Assembly (NCBI GenBank): GCA_964016885.1
Contig: OZ024758.1
Location: 31,868,001-31,932,000 of the forward strand
Direction of reading: 5' to 3'
Source: Eledone cirrhosa
Taxonomy: Eukaryota
Length of the DNA: 64,000 bases
The notes under the pieces are model-generated. The model had not been told where the DNA came from and did no database searches. It saw only the letters and a list, made by a program, of their open reading frames with translations. Both the position numbers and the translations under genes were made by a program. Within the stretch, counting starts at the first letter, position 1. Each line of letters begins with the position of its first letter. Of the stretch, positions 25,601 through 38,400 are shown one piece after another.

Positions 25601-25744
25601 TATATATGTGTTTGGGTCTATATTGTATCTTTCTTTGTCTCTGGCAAGGGTTGGTGCTTGAAAACAATTTGTGCCACATCTGTGCAGGTAATCTTTTAGA
25701 GTGGATCTCCAGGTCTTATATATATATATAAAAGATATATATGA

Positions 25745-26310
25745 TGTAACGCCTGATAGAATCGTAGGGGAACCGTATTGACATATAGTGTGTCTGTGGC
25801 ATTTTTGAAACTTGTCTGAAACCATCCCCTCTCCACGTCTGAACACAGTCGATTTTTTCTATAGAATGAGGGAGACAATGATAGAGAGGAAATGAGAAAA
25901 ATATTGAGGAAAACTCGACCCCAATACTGGATTGGTACGTTTTTCATCGACCCTGATGAAAGGATATAATGAATGTATTGTATGCAGCCATAACTCCTGA
26001 TAGAATCGTAGGACATCGTAGTGAGATACAGTATGTCTGGGGCATTTTAAAAAACCTGTCTGGTCTCATCTCCTCTCCACATCTGATCACAGTCGATTTC
26101 TTCCATAGGAGGAGGGAGAGATTAAGAGAAGAAACATTGAGGAAGAATCAACCCCAATACTGGGTTGGTACGTTTTTTCTTTTATCGACCTCGAAAAGAA
26201 AAAAGGGAAAGTTGACCTGAGTGAGTCTTGAACTCAGAGCGCAGGGAACCGGTATGAATACAACAAAGCATTCTATCCAACGTTCTAATAACTCTGCCAA
26301 TTCGTCGCCT
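25745..26310 (-). mobile_element. Two tandem SINE copies (long-tail subfamily)
   Basis: cctgatagaatcgtagg...ccccaatactgg.ttggtacg occurs twice; the second continues into the tRNA head (ttgaactcag...aactctgcca). Confidence 0.7.
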
Positions 26311-26807
26311 TATATAATGAATTTGAATTCAAAAGAAACAAAACAATTACATGAATCAGAAAGTAACCAAAAAAAAAAAAAAAAAAAGGAGATGGGCTTG
26401 CTTCCTCAATTACACGCTACAATAGGGAATGCTGGTGTTGCTCTCTGAAAAATTATTGAGGCAACACAGTGATAGTGAGACTGAAGTGCTGGAATAGCTA
26501 AGCACCTTCACGAGCATCATCTGATTTTTCAGTAAAAGGAATTGCCAACGATGATAAAAACCTCCTTATCTGTGATCCATCTCCTCTAAACATATTGTCC
26601 AAGATTGAGACATGTCATTGACTGATTAATTATTCCCAAAAGTTTGTTTTAAAAGAAAATCATTGTAATATCAACATCACAAAAAATATATAGCAGATTG
26701 TAATTTAATTTATTTGTGTTTTGTCTCTAAAAATGCCATCCCCCTTTTGAATTTGGGGATTGCTGAAAAATGAGGCAAATAAAATCTGAAAATGTGGTAA
26801 AATTCTG

Positions 26808-27030
26808 GCCTTGTGTCTAAAGTAGAAACAATTACTTGCGTTGGACTGGCAGTATCGGTAAAGGGTTAGACGCCTTGCTTTTCAGCATAGAGTTACGGCC
26901 CTTTACGTTCTTAGTTCAAATCCCGCTGAGGTTAACTTTACCTTTCGTCCTTACAGGGTCGATAAAATAAAGTACCAGTAATGCACTGAGATAATTGTTC
27001 GCCTTGTGCCAAAAAGTGAAACAATTATTT
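26808..27030 (+). mobile_element. Full-length tRNA-SINE (26837-27030) preceded by another copy's tail
   Basis: A-box tggcagtatcgg, B-box gttcaaatccc, core cctttcgtccttacagggtcgataaaataaagtaccag, tail gccttgtgccaaaaagtgaaacaattatt. Confidence 0.85.
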
Positions 27031-27551
27031 GCACTCTTTATGCAAGATTTATTTTCCTTAATGTTGATTTTAATGATTCTAATATTTAATGTTATGCAAG
27101 AAATTAAGACTCTTTCCCCACCATCCTGATTCCCTTCCCCCAAGGCTACTTGGGGGTGGAATCAGGATGGTGGGGTAAGAAAAAAATAAGACTATTTATT
27201 ACAAAAACACTTGGAACACCAGAGAGACTTGGATAGAAACATAAAAAAATTCCATGATAAGAACATTTATTTTTTAAAAGTTGACTTGAAATACAGGGTT
27301 ATACACAAGTGTAAACTAAGATATTATTTTACATGGCATTTTCACGTTGGCATAGGTTTTTTTAGATTGTCACAGTCTGAGACCAGGCTGGAGCAACAAA
27401 CCATACTTGTTACATTCCGTATTTGGTATGGTTTTTACAGATGATAATGATTAAAGAAAAAAAGAAAAAGGGGGTGAGCATATGATGTTTTTTTTTTAAT
27501 AGAAAATGTGATAAAAAACCACACAAAATCTATTTTGGTTTGTTAATTCTT

Positions 27552-27757
27552 TTAACCCTTTGAAACAAAACCAACCATTTTAAAGGGCTCCTACTCTAAT
27601 TAAAACCTTCCAACATAATTTTATATTAAAAAAATGTTGTTATGTCACAAATACCATCTTAATGAAATTATAATTTAGTAAATCCTTCCCAATTTTTGTT
27701 AATAAATTAATTACAATACAAAGTACTTCACTAGAAATATGTTAATGAAAGGGTTAA
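27552..27757. mobile_element. TTAA-CCC MITE, second family
   Basis: ttaaccctttg ... gaaagggttaa; related fragments near 13520-13713. Confidence 0.55.
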
Positions 27758-28394
27758 ACTAATTTTGGTATAAACATGGATTGTCTAGTAAAATGCCCAA
27801 TCTGTAAACAAATTAAAAAAAAATGTTTTTGTCATATGTATTTATTACCATAGCTACTAAATTGCTTTTAGAGAGAGCAAGTAGATCAATTACTGGGTAA
27901 TCTGACTTGAATTACACCATAATGGCATAATTACTATATTGAAATAATAATTTCTAATATAGATACAAAGTCAGCAATTTGTGGGAAGAGGATAATCCAT
28001 TATATCAGGCCTCAGTATTTTACTGGTCTCATCTTCAGCCCTGGAAAGTCTGTTATTGAACATAGGCCTTCCCTGAGCTGTGCCATGTTTGCCAAATAAT
28101 ATGAATAATAGTAATCAAATTTAGTTGATGTGAAATAAGGTTTTAAGAAATAGATGTTGTTAGAATGCCACGAGGAAGAATAAATTTAAATTTTTCTTCA
28201 GGCAGGGACCTTTGGTTTTTTCAGAGAAGGTATTAGAATAAAATCAGATTATTTTATCTGAAGTAAAGATGTAAGTGATGGGTGCTATTAGGGTCCTGTA
28301 TGGAAGAATCAATTCTAAAGTTTCAGGCAGGGATTATGGTTTCCCCCCAAAAAGCCCTGTTTGAAATGTTAATTTTTTTCCCTCATTAACTTTC

Positions 28395-28625
28395 ATTATG
28401 CATGGATGGTGATAGCTGGGTGAAAAAGTGCCAGTATATCCCAGTGGAATGAAACTGCAGTAGAGGTAGACCAAAGAAGACCTGAAAGAAGGTGGTGAAA
28501 GCTGATTTCAAATCACTGAGAATCGCAGAGGAGAATATGAAGGAACACAGCGAGTGGAGAAAAGCTGTACTGAAAAAGACTCATCCAACCCATGCAAGTG
28601 TGGAAAAAAGGACATAAAAATGACA
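28395..28625 (+). mobile_element. RTE LINE 3' fragment
   Basis: agaggtagaccaaagaagacctg (RGRPKKT) and catccaacccatgcaagtgtggaaaa 3' motif. Confidence 0.65.
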
Positions 28626-29431
28626 ATAGTTTTTAATGAAAGACACAGCCTATGATTTTCAAATCAAGAATTTGGAGAGATTTACTAATATAACTAACTT
28701 TCCCATTATTAAGCTTGTGTTTGGAACATATCATAACAAAGGTCCTTCCATGAAATTATGATGGAAGATTTTTAGATAAATTTATACACTTTAAAATAAA
28801 CAGCCTTGTATCTGGGTTAGTTTCAGGCAGTTTAGTATCAATAAAGTTAACCAAGTTCTAAATGTTTATTCAACATATTTTTGTTAACATTGACTTCTAC
28901 TGTCTCCTTTGATTCATGTTTCTACATTTGAAGTGAAATGGCTTAGTTAATAAGGCATTGTACTACCTACTTAAGTTTTGTGAGTTCATATCTCAGTAAA
29001 GAATAACTATTTGACCTACAGGGAGTGTACAAGTCTACCCAGCTTTTCCTGATCAAAATTCATCAATGAACTATAGTAATTTCAATAACTTAAAATTTCT
29101 TGGTTCACTACCTTAATGTGAACATTGACTTTACTATTTTATTTTCATGCAGCTGTCATCCCTGGGCATAGCCCCACTATTGCCATTCTTTTGGGTTAAG
29201 CAAAGTATGCACAGGCTTAGAGCACCATGGGAAGAGGAACACCATCATATACAAATTAAATGTATTTGTCATTAAAAAAAACTTTTTAGGGGCAAGAGTG
29301 TAGGGCCTGAAAAGGACTTAATCTGACCCCAAGTACTAGTTAGATTATGCTTTGTTTATGAGGTGTAATAAGACAGAAACCTTGTCCAGAATTGTCTCAA
29401 TACTGCTAAAGATAAGGCACACTATCCATGG

Positions 29432-29660
29432 CAAGGCAGTGGGATTAGTAAAATCATTAGAGCATCAGATAAGATACTTTACACTTATTTGTTTCAGCTT
29501 TTTATATTCTGAGTTCAAATCCTGTCAACGTCAACTTTGCTTTTCATCGTAATGTACCAGGGTCAATAAAGTAGAGCACCAAGTGAAATATTGTCTTCGA
29601 TACAATCAATTTGTCCCTTCACTTCCCAATTTTTGGCCTTGCACCTAAGTTATAAGATTA
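29432..29660 (+). mobile_element. Degenerate tRNA-SINE
   Basis: ttctgagttcaaatcctg..aactttgcttttcatc..ggccttgcacctaag. Confidence 0.6.
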
Positions 29661-30675
29661 ATTTAAATTTTAGATTTATCTCCCCTGCTTAATTTTATTT
29701 TTTTAACATTCAGCTAATAATTTCCCCTCGTTACATGTATATTTTTAATTAATTATAATTTCTTAGCTCACAACATTAATTATATTAACAGACAGATATT
29801 TGGTTGTGAAGTGAACTTCTCAATTATATGGCTATGTGCTTTATGTAAGTATAACCAAATATGAGACACCAGCTGAATGGGATTCCCTGCAGTTACGACA
29901 TTGCATTATGATGTATATATGCATATATTCATTTATTTTAGCTAAAATAATTCGTTATATTGATCACCCATCATTATTTACCTTTGGTAATTTTGGAAAG
30001 TACGTAGATATAGCCCTTGCTAATTTCCAAGCTGTTACCTCTAGCTGTAAAATAACCAATTTCAATAAAGATTTATCATACTTTTATAAATACCAAGTCA
30101 ACAGTATTTTGTATTGATGATTTATGTTTTAGTGTCACATGCCAACATAACCTACTTAGTTGATAGCATTTGCAACCAACTTATCCATCAACTGGTGTAA
30201 TAACACCAGCTGGCCAGTGGGAGCCTTTAAGACTTTAACAGTGTACACACTGCTGTAAGTATTCGGTTTAGGTCTTGAAAAAATAAACACACACAGTTTT
30301 ATGTATGTGTATGTGTGTTTTTGTATTAACATATGTACGTCAACCGAGCCACTACCAGAGTAAAAGATACAGTATCACGAGGAGCATTGGGGAAACCTCT
30401 CTAATGATGTTTTAGGCAAACCAGCACATGCACAGCGTTACCTCGGTTGATGGTAAGGCTGATGCGCTGGAACAACCAAGTTCCCTCACAAGCTTCACCA
30501 GTTAAGTCTGTTAGGCGAGCCACCAGTGAAGATAGGAATCTCGCAGTCAGTAGCCAGACTCCCCCAAATGTCTCGAACACCACAGGCTGGAAAAGGTAGT
30601 TGGTCTTAGTTTTGAAAATAACTTCTTCCTTTCAATCACAGAGACTCTGGAGAAGTCTATATATATGTACATACG

Positions 30676-30706
<31 letters not shown>

Positions 30707-30736
30707 TTATATATATATACACACACACACATATAT

Positions 30737-33700
30737 ATGATGATGGCTCCCTTCTGTCTCAATAGACAATGGATTGCGTCAAGGGGGGGGGGGGGGCTAG
30801 TTTGATGATAAGCAGTGTCTGCTGTGACTGAACAGCCCAATTCTGGAGTGGCAGTCTTTGGCACAGTTGCTGCACGTGAAGGTCGATGGGTACGGCTGGG
30901 TTGTCGCTGCAGTGGTCTTCCTTTCGTCTCGCCTGTCTGACCACAGCCGTGTCCTCCTTTCCTCAGCCGTAGAAACGCCTTTCCTCACTGTCCGATGCCA
31001 GGCAGAGCGGTCAGCAGCTGTCTCCTCACATGTGTCCACACCGATGTCCGTAGTCCTCAGGTCGCGTTTGCACACATCCCTGTATCGCAGGTGTGGACGT
31101 CCTATGGATCGGGATCCTGTGGTGAGCTCACCATACAAGATGTCTTTAGGAATGCGACCGTCCTGCATGAGGTGGATGTGCCCGAGCCAGCGCAGTCACC
31201 TCTGCGTGAGGAGGGCGTACATGCTTGGCATATTTGTCTGGTTTAAGATGTCTCTGTTTGGTACACGGTCCTTCCAGGAGATGCCAAGGATACGTCAAAG
31301 ACACCGCATGTGGAAGCTGTTGAGGCGGCGTTCTTGTCGGACGTATGTTGTCCAGCTCTCGCTGCCGTAGAGTAGGGTGCTCAGTACGCAGGCTCGGTAC
31401 ACTGTGATCTTGGTGGTTATGGTGAGCATGTTGTTTTCCCACACTCTCCTGGAGAGCTTAGCCATGGCAGCAGCAGCTTTCTCAATCCGTCTGCTCAGCT
31501 CCGGGTCGAGAGACAGGTTGCTGGAGACTGTCGATCCCAGGTAAGTGAACTCATTCACCATTTGCAAGCTGTGGTCGCCGACACTGATACTGGGGACCTC
31601 TCCGACGTCCTGGCTCATGATCTCCATCTTTTTCAGGCTGATGGTAAGGCCAAACTCTTGGCAAGCGAGTGCCAAGGAGCTGACCAGCCTCTGGAGACCT
31701 GGCTGGGTGTGGGATGTTAGGGTGGCATCGTCAGCAAAAAGGATCTCGCTGATCAGCACCTGGCGTGCGAGGTTGAACAGCCCGCCGTCAGACCTGGTGT
31801 GGAGGAACACTCCGTCGTCGGACGTCCTGAAGGCATAGGACAGGACAAGGGAGAAGAAAATTCTGAAGAGCGTCGGCGCCGGGACGCAACCCTGTTTCAC
31901 TCCACTCTGGATGGGGAACGGCTCTGAGGGTGATCCATCAAACTGCACCGTCCCCTGCATACCGTCATGAAAAGAGGTGATGAGTTTCAGCAGGTTTGGA
32001 GGGCAACCGATCCTCCCCAGGAGCGCAAACAGCCCCCCACCCCCTGATGACTGAGTCGAACGCCTTAGCCAGGTCGACAAAAACCACGTAGAGGGGTTCC
32101 CTCTGCTCTCGACTCTGCTCCTGAAGCTGTCTGAGTGAGAAGATCATGTTGATTGTGGACCTCTCCACACTGGGACTCGGGGTACACACGCTCTGCAAGT
32201 ATTTGCAACCACTTCAGGACCACCCTGGCGAATGCCTTACCGACGGTGCTGAGCAGGGATATGCCTCTGTAGTTGTTGCAGTTGCGTCTGTCTCCCTTGT
32301 TTTTATACAGCGTGACAATGTTTGCATCTCGCATGTCCTTGGGGACAGAGCCCTTCTCCCAGCACTGGCAGAGCAGCTCGTGGAGATGGCCCAGAAGAGC
32401 TGGCTTCCCGCACTGGATGACTTCCGCAGGGATGCCGTCTTGGCCTGGTGCCTTGCCCTGAGCGAGTCGATAGCTCCGCTCAGTTCCTCCTTTGTCGGGG
32501 GCAGGTCAAGCTCCTCCATGACAGGCTAAGCAGAAATGCCAGCGAGGGCAGACTTGGTGACCACATTCTCAGTGGAGTAGAGGTTCTGGTAATGCTCGGC
32601 CCACCTCTCCATCTGCTTTGCTCGGTCTTTGATGACTTCACCATCCTTGGACTTCAGTGGAGTGATCTTGCTGGCAGTGGGCCCGAATGCTTTCTTTATC
32701 CCCTCGTACATCCCTTGCACGTTACCACTGTCAGCACAGGACTGGATATTCTGGCATAGGTTCTGCCAGTAGGTGTTGGCGCATCGTCTGGCCGTCCTTC
32801 TGGCTGTTCTCAGAGTAGCCAGGTTCTTGTCCAATGGATCGCGCTTATAGTTGACTAGTGCTTCCCTCTTGGTGGCAATGACAGGCTCCATCTCAGGCAG
32901 GTGATCTTCAAACCAGTCTTAGTTTTTCCCACTCCTTCTTTCCCAGGGATGATATGGCTATTCTGCAAGTGGTGTCACGGATGAGCTGCCACCTCTCCTC
33001 GATGGATGTGGCTGCGTGATCTTTAAGGGCCTCCTCCATGCAGTTAGTGAATTCTGAGTGAATTCTGAGCGAAGCTCTGGGCTGGTTGCCCTGGCGGCGT
33101 TGATGCGTGGGCGGCTTTTCCCTCCAATGTGGTGGATCTTCTTTGGCGCCAGTCGGACCCTGCTGCACACCAGGGAGTGGTCTGTATTACAGTCAGCACT
33201 GTGGAAGCTGCGCGTGAGAAGCACACTTCTGAGCTGGGCTCGCCTGGCGATGATCATATCTAGCTGGTGCCAGTGTCCAGACCTTGGGTGCCTCCATGAG
33301 ACCTGGTGTTGTGGCTTAGTCCTGAAGAATGTGTTGGAAATGCAGAGTTTCCGGTAAGAGCAAAGCTCCAACAATCTCTGGCCATTTTCATTCATCTTTC
33401 CTACGCCGAAGCGTCGGATCCCACCCTTGCTTTGATGGTGGCGTTGAGCTCCTCATAGAACCGGTCTTCCCCGATGATGTTGAAAGGCTAAGAGAGAGGA
33501 CGCACTCCGAGCCATTTGAGGGAGGGACTATCATGGGGAGTAAGCTGTTCCTCATGGCGAACCTAACGCCGTGCTGGCGGGCCTCCCCTGCCAGCAGAAG
33601 GTGTAGTCCCTCTCCCGTAGCATGCCATCTGCGGTGAGTCTGGTCTCTTGCAGTGCCGCTATGTCAATGTTCAGTCTTTTCAATTCGGCGTTGATGACTG

Positions 33701-34580
33701 CTGTTTTTCTGCTGTCATTTATCTGTCGCTAGTCGTCAGTGATGCACATGGTCCTGACATTCCAGGTGGCCAGTCCCATTACTGGTGGTTGGGTATGCGG
33801 TTTTTGTTTATTTGATGGTGCAGGGTTTACAGTCTGCTCTTCAGATTTTGTCCTAGCTCCAAGCACCCATTGAAGCGGGGGGCAGACTGTGGCGGGTCAG
33901 CACCATTATTGGCCGGGGGCTGCCCAGCTTAAGGCGGGCGGCAGCTGACCAATGGGACTTCAATGGTCCCTCCCACCGCTAGAGACGGCCCGTAGCGCCT
34001 GGGATTATGCCAATTGACCCGGACTTATAACTCGTAACTGCCATCTCAGCTTGTGCTGTCGCTGGAGTGGTTTCTCCATGGCGCAAGCCTAGGCGGTATA
34101 TACGGAGATACTGGGCTGCCCAGACCTCAGAGTCTCCCTCTCGGCCTCCCAGACGTGATCCAAAGGACTGCAATGCAATACGTTTGCCGGAAAGGGGTCG
34201 AGATTCGGCACCCTACCGCCCTCGGGGCTCCACTTCGGATTTTCTGTCTGGGTTCACTCCCAGAGCCTTTCCCTCTCCCGAGAGCATCCGCAAAGCAGCG
34301 GTGTGAGGGTTTGGAATCAGAGTTTTCCTTCTCCTAGACTAGCTGCCAACCAAGGCTAACGAGCCCAGTCTGCCCACCTGGTTATACCGCCGAGCACCCG
34401 GTCACGCCACACAGCATGCTCAGTGAGAAGAGAGGGTACCACATGAAGGTACTGCTGTGGACACAGTAGTGTAGGAGAGGCCATAAGCAAGAACTTTCCA
34501 CTAGGCAGAGACAAGTAGCAGTGCTGCAGCAATCACTACACGTGGAGAGGAGAGGCTGTGAGAGATGCAATCACTTTCCT
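30737..34580 (-). mobile_element. Full-length but decayed RTE-clade (BovB-like) LINE
   Basis: 5' UTR motif gccttggttggcagctagtctaggagaaggaaaactctgattccaaacc; APE (ATWNVRT, LQET, NENGQRLLELC, WHQLD, DHSLV); RT (NYRGISLL, FVDLAKAFD, GVKQGC, LFADD, FTYLGS); C-terminus GRPHLRYRD..CSNC..HSRIGLFSH. The 5' boundary is approximate. Confidence 0.93.
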
Positions 34581-34589
34581 TTGCCCCCT

Positions 34590-34639
34590 CACACATATAT
34601 ATATATTTATATATATATACGCACACACACACACACACA

Positions 34640-34683
<44 letters not shown>

Positions 34684-34720
34684 CATATTTATATATATAT
34701 ATGTGTGTGTGTGTACACAT

Positions 34721-34787
<67 letters not shown>

Positions 34788-34800
34788 TATATACATATAT
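34590..34800. repeat. (TA)n/(CA)n compound microsatellite
   Basis: Directly visible. Confidence 0.95.
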
Positions 34801-34921
34801 GATGGCTGCCCCCTAGTTATCGAGTATGGCCATTGCACGAACAAAAGAAAACATAATAATAATAATAACGATAATCCGTAATTAATACCCAGAAAACAAA
34901 GCCGAATTAAAAAAAAAAAAC

Positions 34922-35384
34922 AAGCCAGAGGCGGTGATAGAAAACGATCAGGTGAAGGTGGTGTGGGATTTTAGGATACAGACGGACAAGAAACTGGAAC
35001 ACAATAGACCTGACCTGGTGGTTGTGGACAAAGAAAAAAGATCGTGCCTGATTGTGGATGTGGCCTGCCCATTCGACACGAAGAGGGAGAAAATTAACCG
35101 ATACCAGGACTTAAAGTGGGAGGTAAAAAGGATTTGGAACTGCCATGAAGTCAAAGTGGTTCCGATTGTCATAGGCGCACTGGGTACTATCTCAAAAAGT
35201 TTCCAGGGATGGTTAAAGAAAATTGGCCCCTTCACGCTTTTTGGAACGCTTCAAAAGGCATGCTTGCTGGGAACAGAAAGAACCCTCCGATACGTCCTGA
35301 ATATCTGAGGCTGCAGGTAGTGGCTTGATATTCATTTCAACAAACTTTCCAGTTAACTAACATCAATGACTGAGACTCAAAGAG
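34922..35384 (+). mobile_element. R4/Dong-type RLE retrotransposon, 5'-truncated copy 1
   Basis: WDFRIQTD..RPDLVVVDK..VDVACP..KINRYQDL; near-identical to 45878-46352; followed by (AAT)n. Confidence 0.92.
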
Positions 35385-35394
35385 TAATAACAAC

Positions 35395-35436
<42 letters not shown>

Positions 35437-35438
<2 letters not shown>

Positions 35439-38400
35439 TTTCTTTATTGGCCACAAGGGCTGACATCAAGAAAAACATCACAGACGGAACAGGACGGTAC
35501 GATGTGGGTTTTGTGCGTGTAAATATTTTTATTATTTATATAAGAAAAGAAAAAAGACATAAAACATATATATATATAAACAATAAAATGAAAATTGAAA
35601 CAATGAAAAATTCTCCAATAGGGGGGAAACCTCCGAGGGTTACTCGTGGCGAAAACCACACAAAAGACCACGGCCACCCTGACTACCAGGGCAAGCACCC
35701 TCTCTCAATTTTTCCATCTCTCAAACTACAGACGTATATTTAGAGTGGTCCCGTTCACTCGGACCATTCTCGCTACATTCACCCACCTTTCAACAAACTT
35801 GCTAGAAAGCAGCACTTGCCTCTCCACCCTGATTTTCCTCTTCAAGTGAAACTTGAAAAAGTTAATCAGGGATTCGCCGAAGAGGAAAGTGTTTGTCTTT
35901 AATCCTTTTAACCTTGTCCACCACACAATCTCTTTCGCCATGGCCACCAGGCAGATGAAAACCGCCTGCCCTTCCTCCTCAAAGGAAGACGGCGAGACCA
36001 TCTGCACAATGGACTCAGTCGACAACCGGATCAGTCCCACACGTGACAGCAACTGTTCGACATTGCTCCACAAGTCAGCAATGCTCAGGCACTGAACAAG
36101 TGCGTGCACAACGGTTTCGTCGCTATGTGCGCATCTCGGACAGGCTCGGCTGACGGCACTTCCGTGCCTGTAGAGCTTATCTCAAACCGGCAGCACTCCC
36201 CGGTAGCACTGCCAGGCCAGGGATTTTTGGAAGTTATCCATAGGCCCCGGGCTGAAAGTTCTCCGGAAGAGAGCAAGCAGCTGATCTTCTTCGACGCCCA
36301 GGATCTTTCCGAGAACGCCGTCGCTCTTCCCCTCCACTAGTCCTCTATAGAACGCCGAGGTGGATGTTCCACCGATACTGGTGCCCAACTGGGAGAGGGC
36401 AGTGAGCGCCTGGAGACATTCCAGTTTCCAAGCGCTATCCCTCGGTCTTTTTCTGATGACCCAGGACTGCAGCTCCGTCAAGGAGATGAGCTGTGGGAAA
36501 ACGTGCCTGGCGAACGGCGACCACACCTGTTCACCGTCAAGGAAGCACCAGAGATGTCGCAGCCTCAGCGCATGTTTGCGCATCATCAGCCATGGCATGC
36601 CCAGTCCTCCACGCAACGGGTGTTGACAGCAGATGGATCGTCTGACCATGGGAGCGCGTCCCTTCCACAAAAAGCGGCAGAGGAGGCGCTCCATTTTGGT
36701 GAGAGTTGGGTTGGAGCAAGGGACGACGGTGAGGCAGTAGCAGATGACGGATGTGATGTACGCATTCGCCACCTCCGCCCGGCCTTTCAGGGACAGCTTC
36801 CTCTCGGCCCATTTTTGGGTGAGGGAGGCCACCCTGCTCGTCACCTCGTTCCAGTTTTTCTCCATCTGGTCCGGTCCGAACCAGACCCCGAGCAATTTAA
36901 CCTGTCCGTCCGTCCAACGCCCCACGACGCTGTCGGACGGCATGGACTTGCTTCTCCAGATGCCTAGCTGCAAGCCCACCGACTTTTCCTGGTTTATCTT
37001 TGCTCCTGTCACCGTTTCGTATTCCTTGAGAGCGGTGCCGAGCATTTGGACGTGTCTGCGGTGACGTCGTCAGCGTAAGCTGACTCGGAGTTCCCGCATC
37101 CTAGTTCGCGTGGGACGCCCCTCATCGCCCCCAGTTTGTGCAGTAACGGCTCGAGAGCCAATACGTATAAGAGGGACGAGAGGGGGCAACCCTGGCGGAC
37201 TGAGCGCATGATGCTGAACGGCTGCGACAGGTGACCGTTCACCCTCACAACTGAGCAGATGTCGCTGTACATTGCTGCGATCCAACGCCTGAAAACGGGC
37301 CCGAAACCGGCTGCCTCGAGGATCGCCGCCAGGTACCGATGGTCGACCCTATCGAATGCTTTGGATTGATCCAAGTTGATCAGGGCCCCACCCTTGCCAG
37401 GTTCCTTAACCACCCTCTCTATGATGTATCGCATGAGGTGGAGGTTGTCGTGTATGGATCTGTCCGGGATGGCGCATGTCTGCGCCTCTCCCACCAGACC
37501 CTTGACGACAAGCGCCAACCTCGTTGCTAACACCTTGGCCAAAATCTTGAACTCTGCATTTAGCAGAGTTATGGGCCTGAAATTATCAATAACATCCCCC
37601 TTGTTCGGGTCTTTTCTCAGCAGCGCCACTGCTCCCCGGCTCACAAAACTGGGAATGCTCCCGTTCTGCTGCCAGTTGCAGTAGACGTCTGCCAAGAGGT
37701 CACCGAACAAGTCTGGCATAAATGCATAAAGCTCGTAGGGCAGACCATCTAAACCTGGCGATTTACCTCTTGTGCAGTTAGCCATCGCTTCCCGTATTTC
37801 ACCGGCTGTTATTGGCTTTTCGTAACACTGTGCTGCGGTCGTCGAGAGCCGAGGCAGTCCGTCGAGGTATGCACTGAAGTCCATGTCCTGATCCGGGCCG
37901 CCGCCGCTCCCGAACAGTTCAGCAAAGTGCTGCTGAAAAGCTTCACACATCCGCTCGGGTTCGAACATCACGCACCCGTTTTGGTCAGACAAAGACCGAA
38001 TTGTGGATTTATTGCCACGTCGCGCCTCTGCCACCCGGGCCCATTGGACGGCTTTTGTCCCCTCGTGTTTCAGAGCACGCGCACTAGCTCTGACAATGCA
38101 GCCTTCGTGTTTTGCGTTGAAGAATTGGTCGAGTGCCAATCTTGCCGCAAGCACGTCGGTTGCGATACCTGTCCTAAACGCCTCTTCTAGCTTTCTGACT
38201 AGCTCTCCCTCTACTCTATTTTCTTCTATCACTACTCCTTTGCTAAACCTAATCGACTCTACTTTAATTGCCCTTTTCAGGGCGAACCACCACCTGTTGT
38301 TGACGACCGCTCCCGTCAACGCCCGCTTAACTAATACGCTAATCCGGTCTCTGTAGGCCTTGCGCGCCGGGAAAGACGCGTTCAGCTTCCAGGCCCTTGT

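Noticed and set aside
26837-26930. tRNA gene
   Set aside because: A and B boxes are present but there is no cloverleaf; it continues into SINE core and tail.
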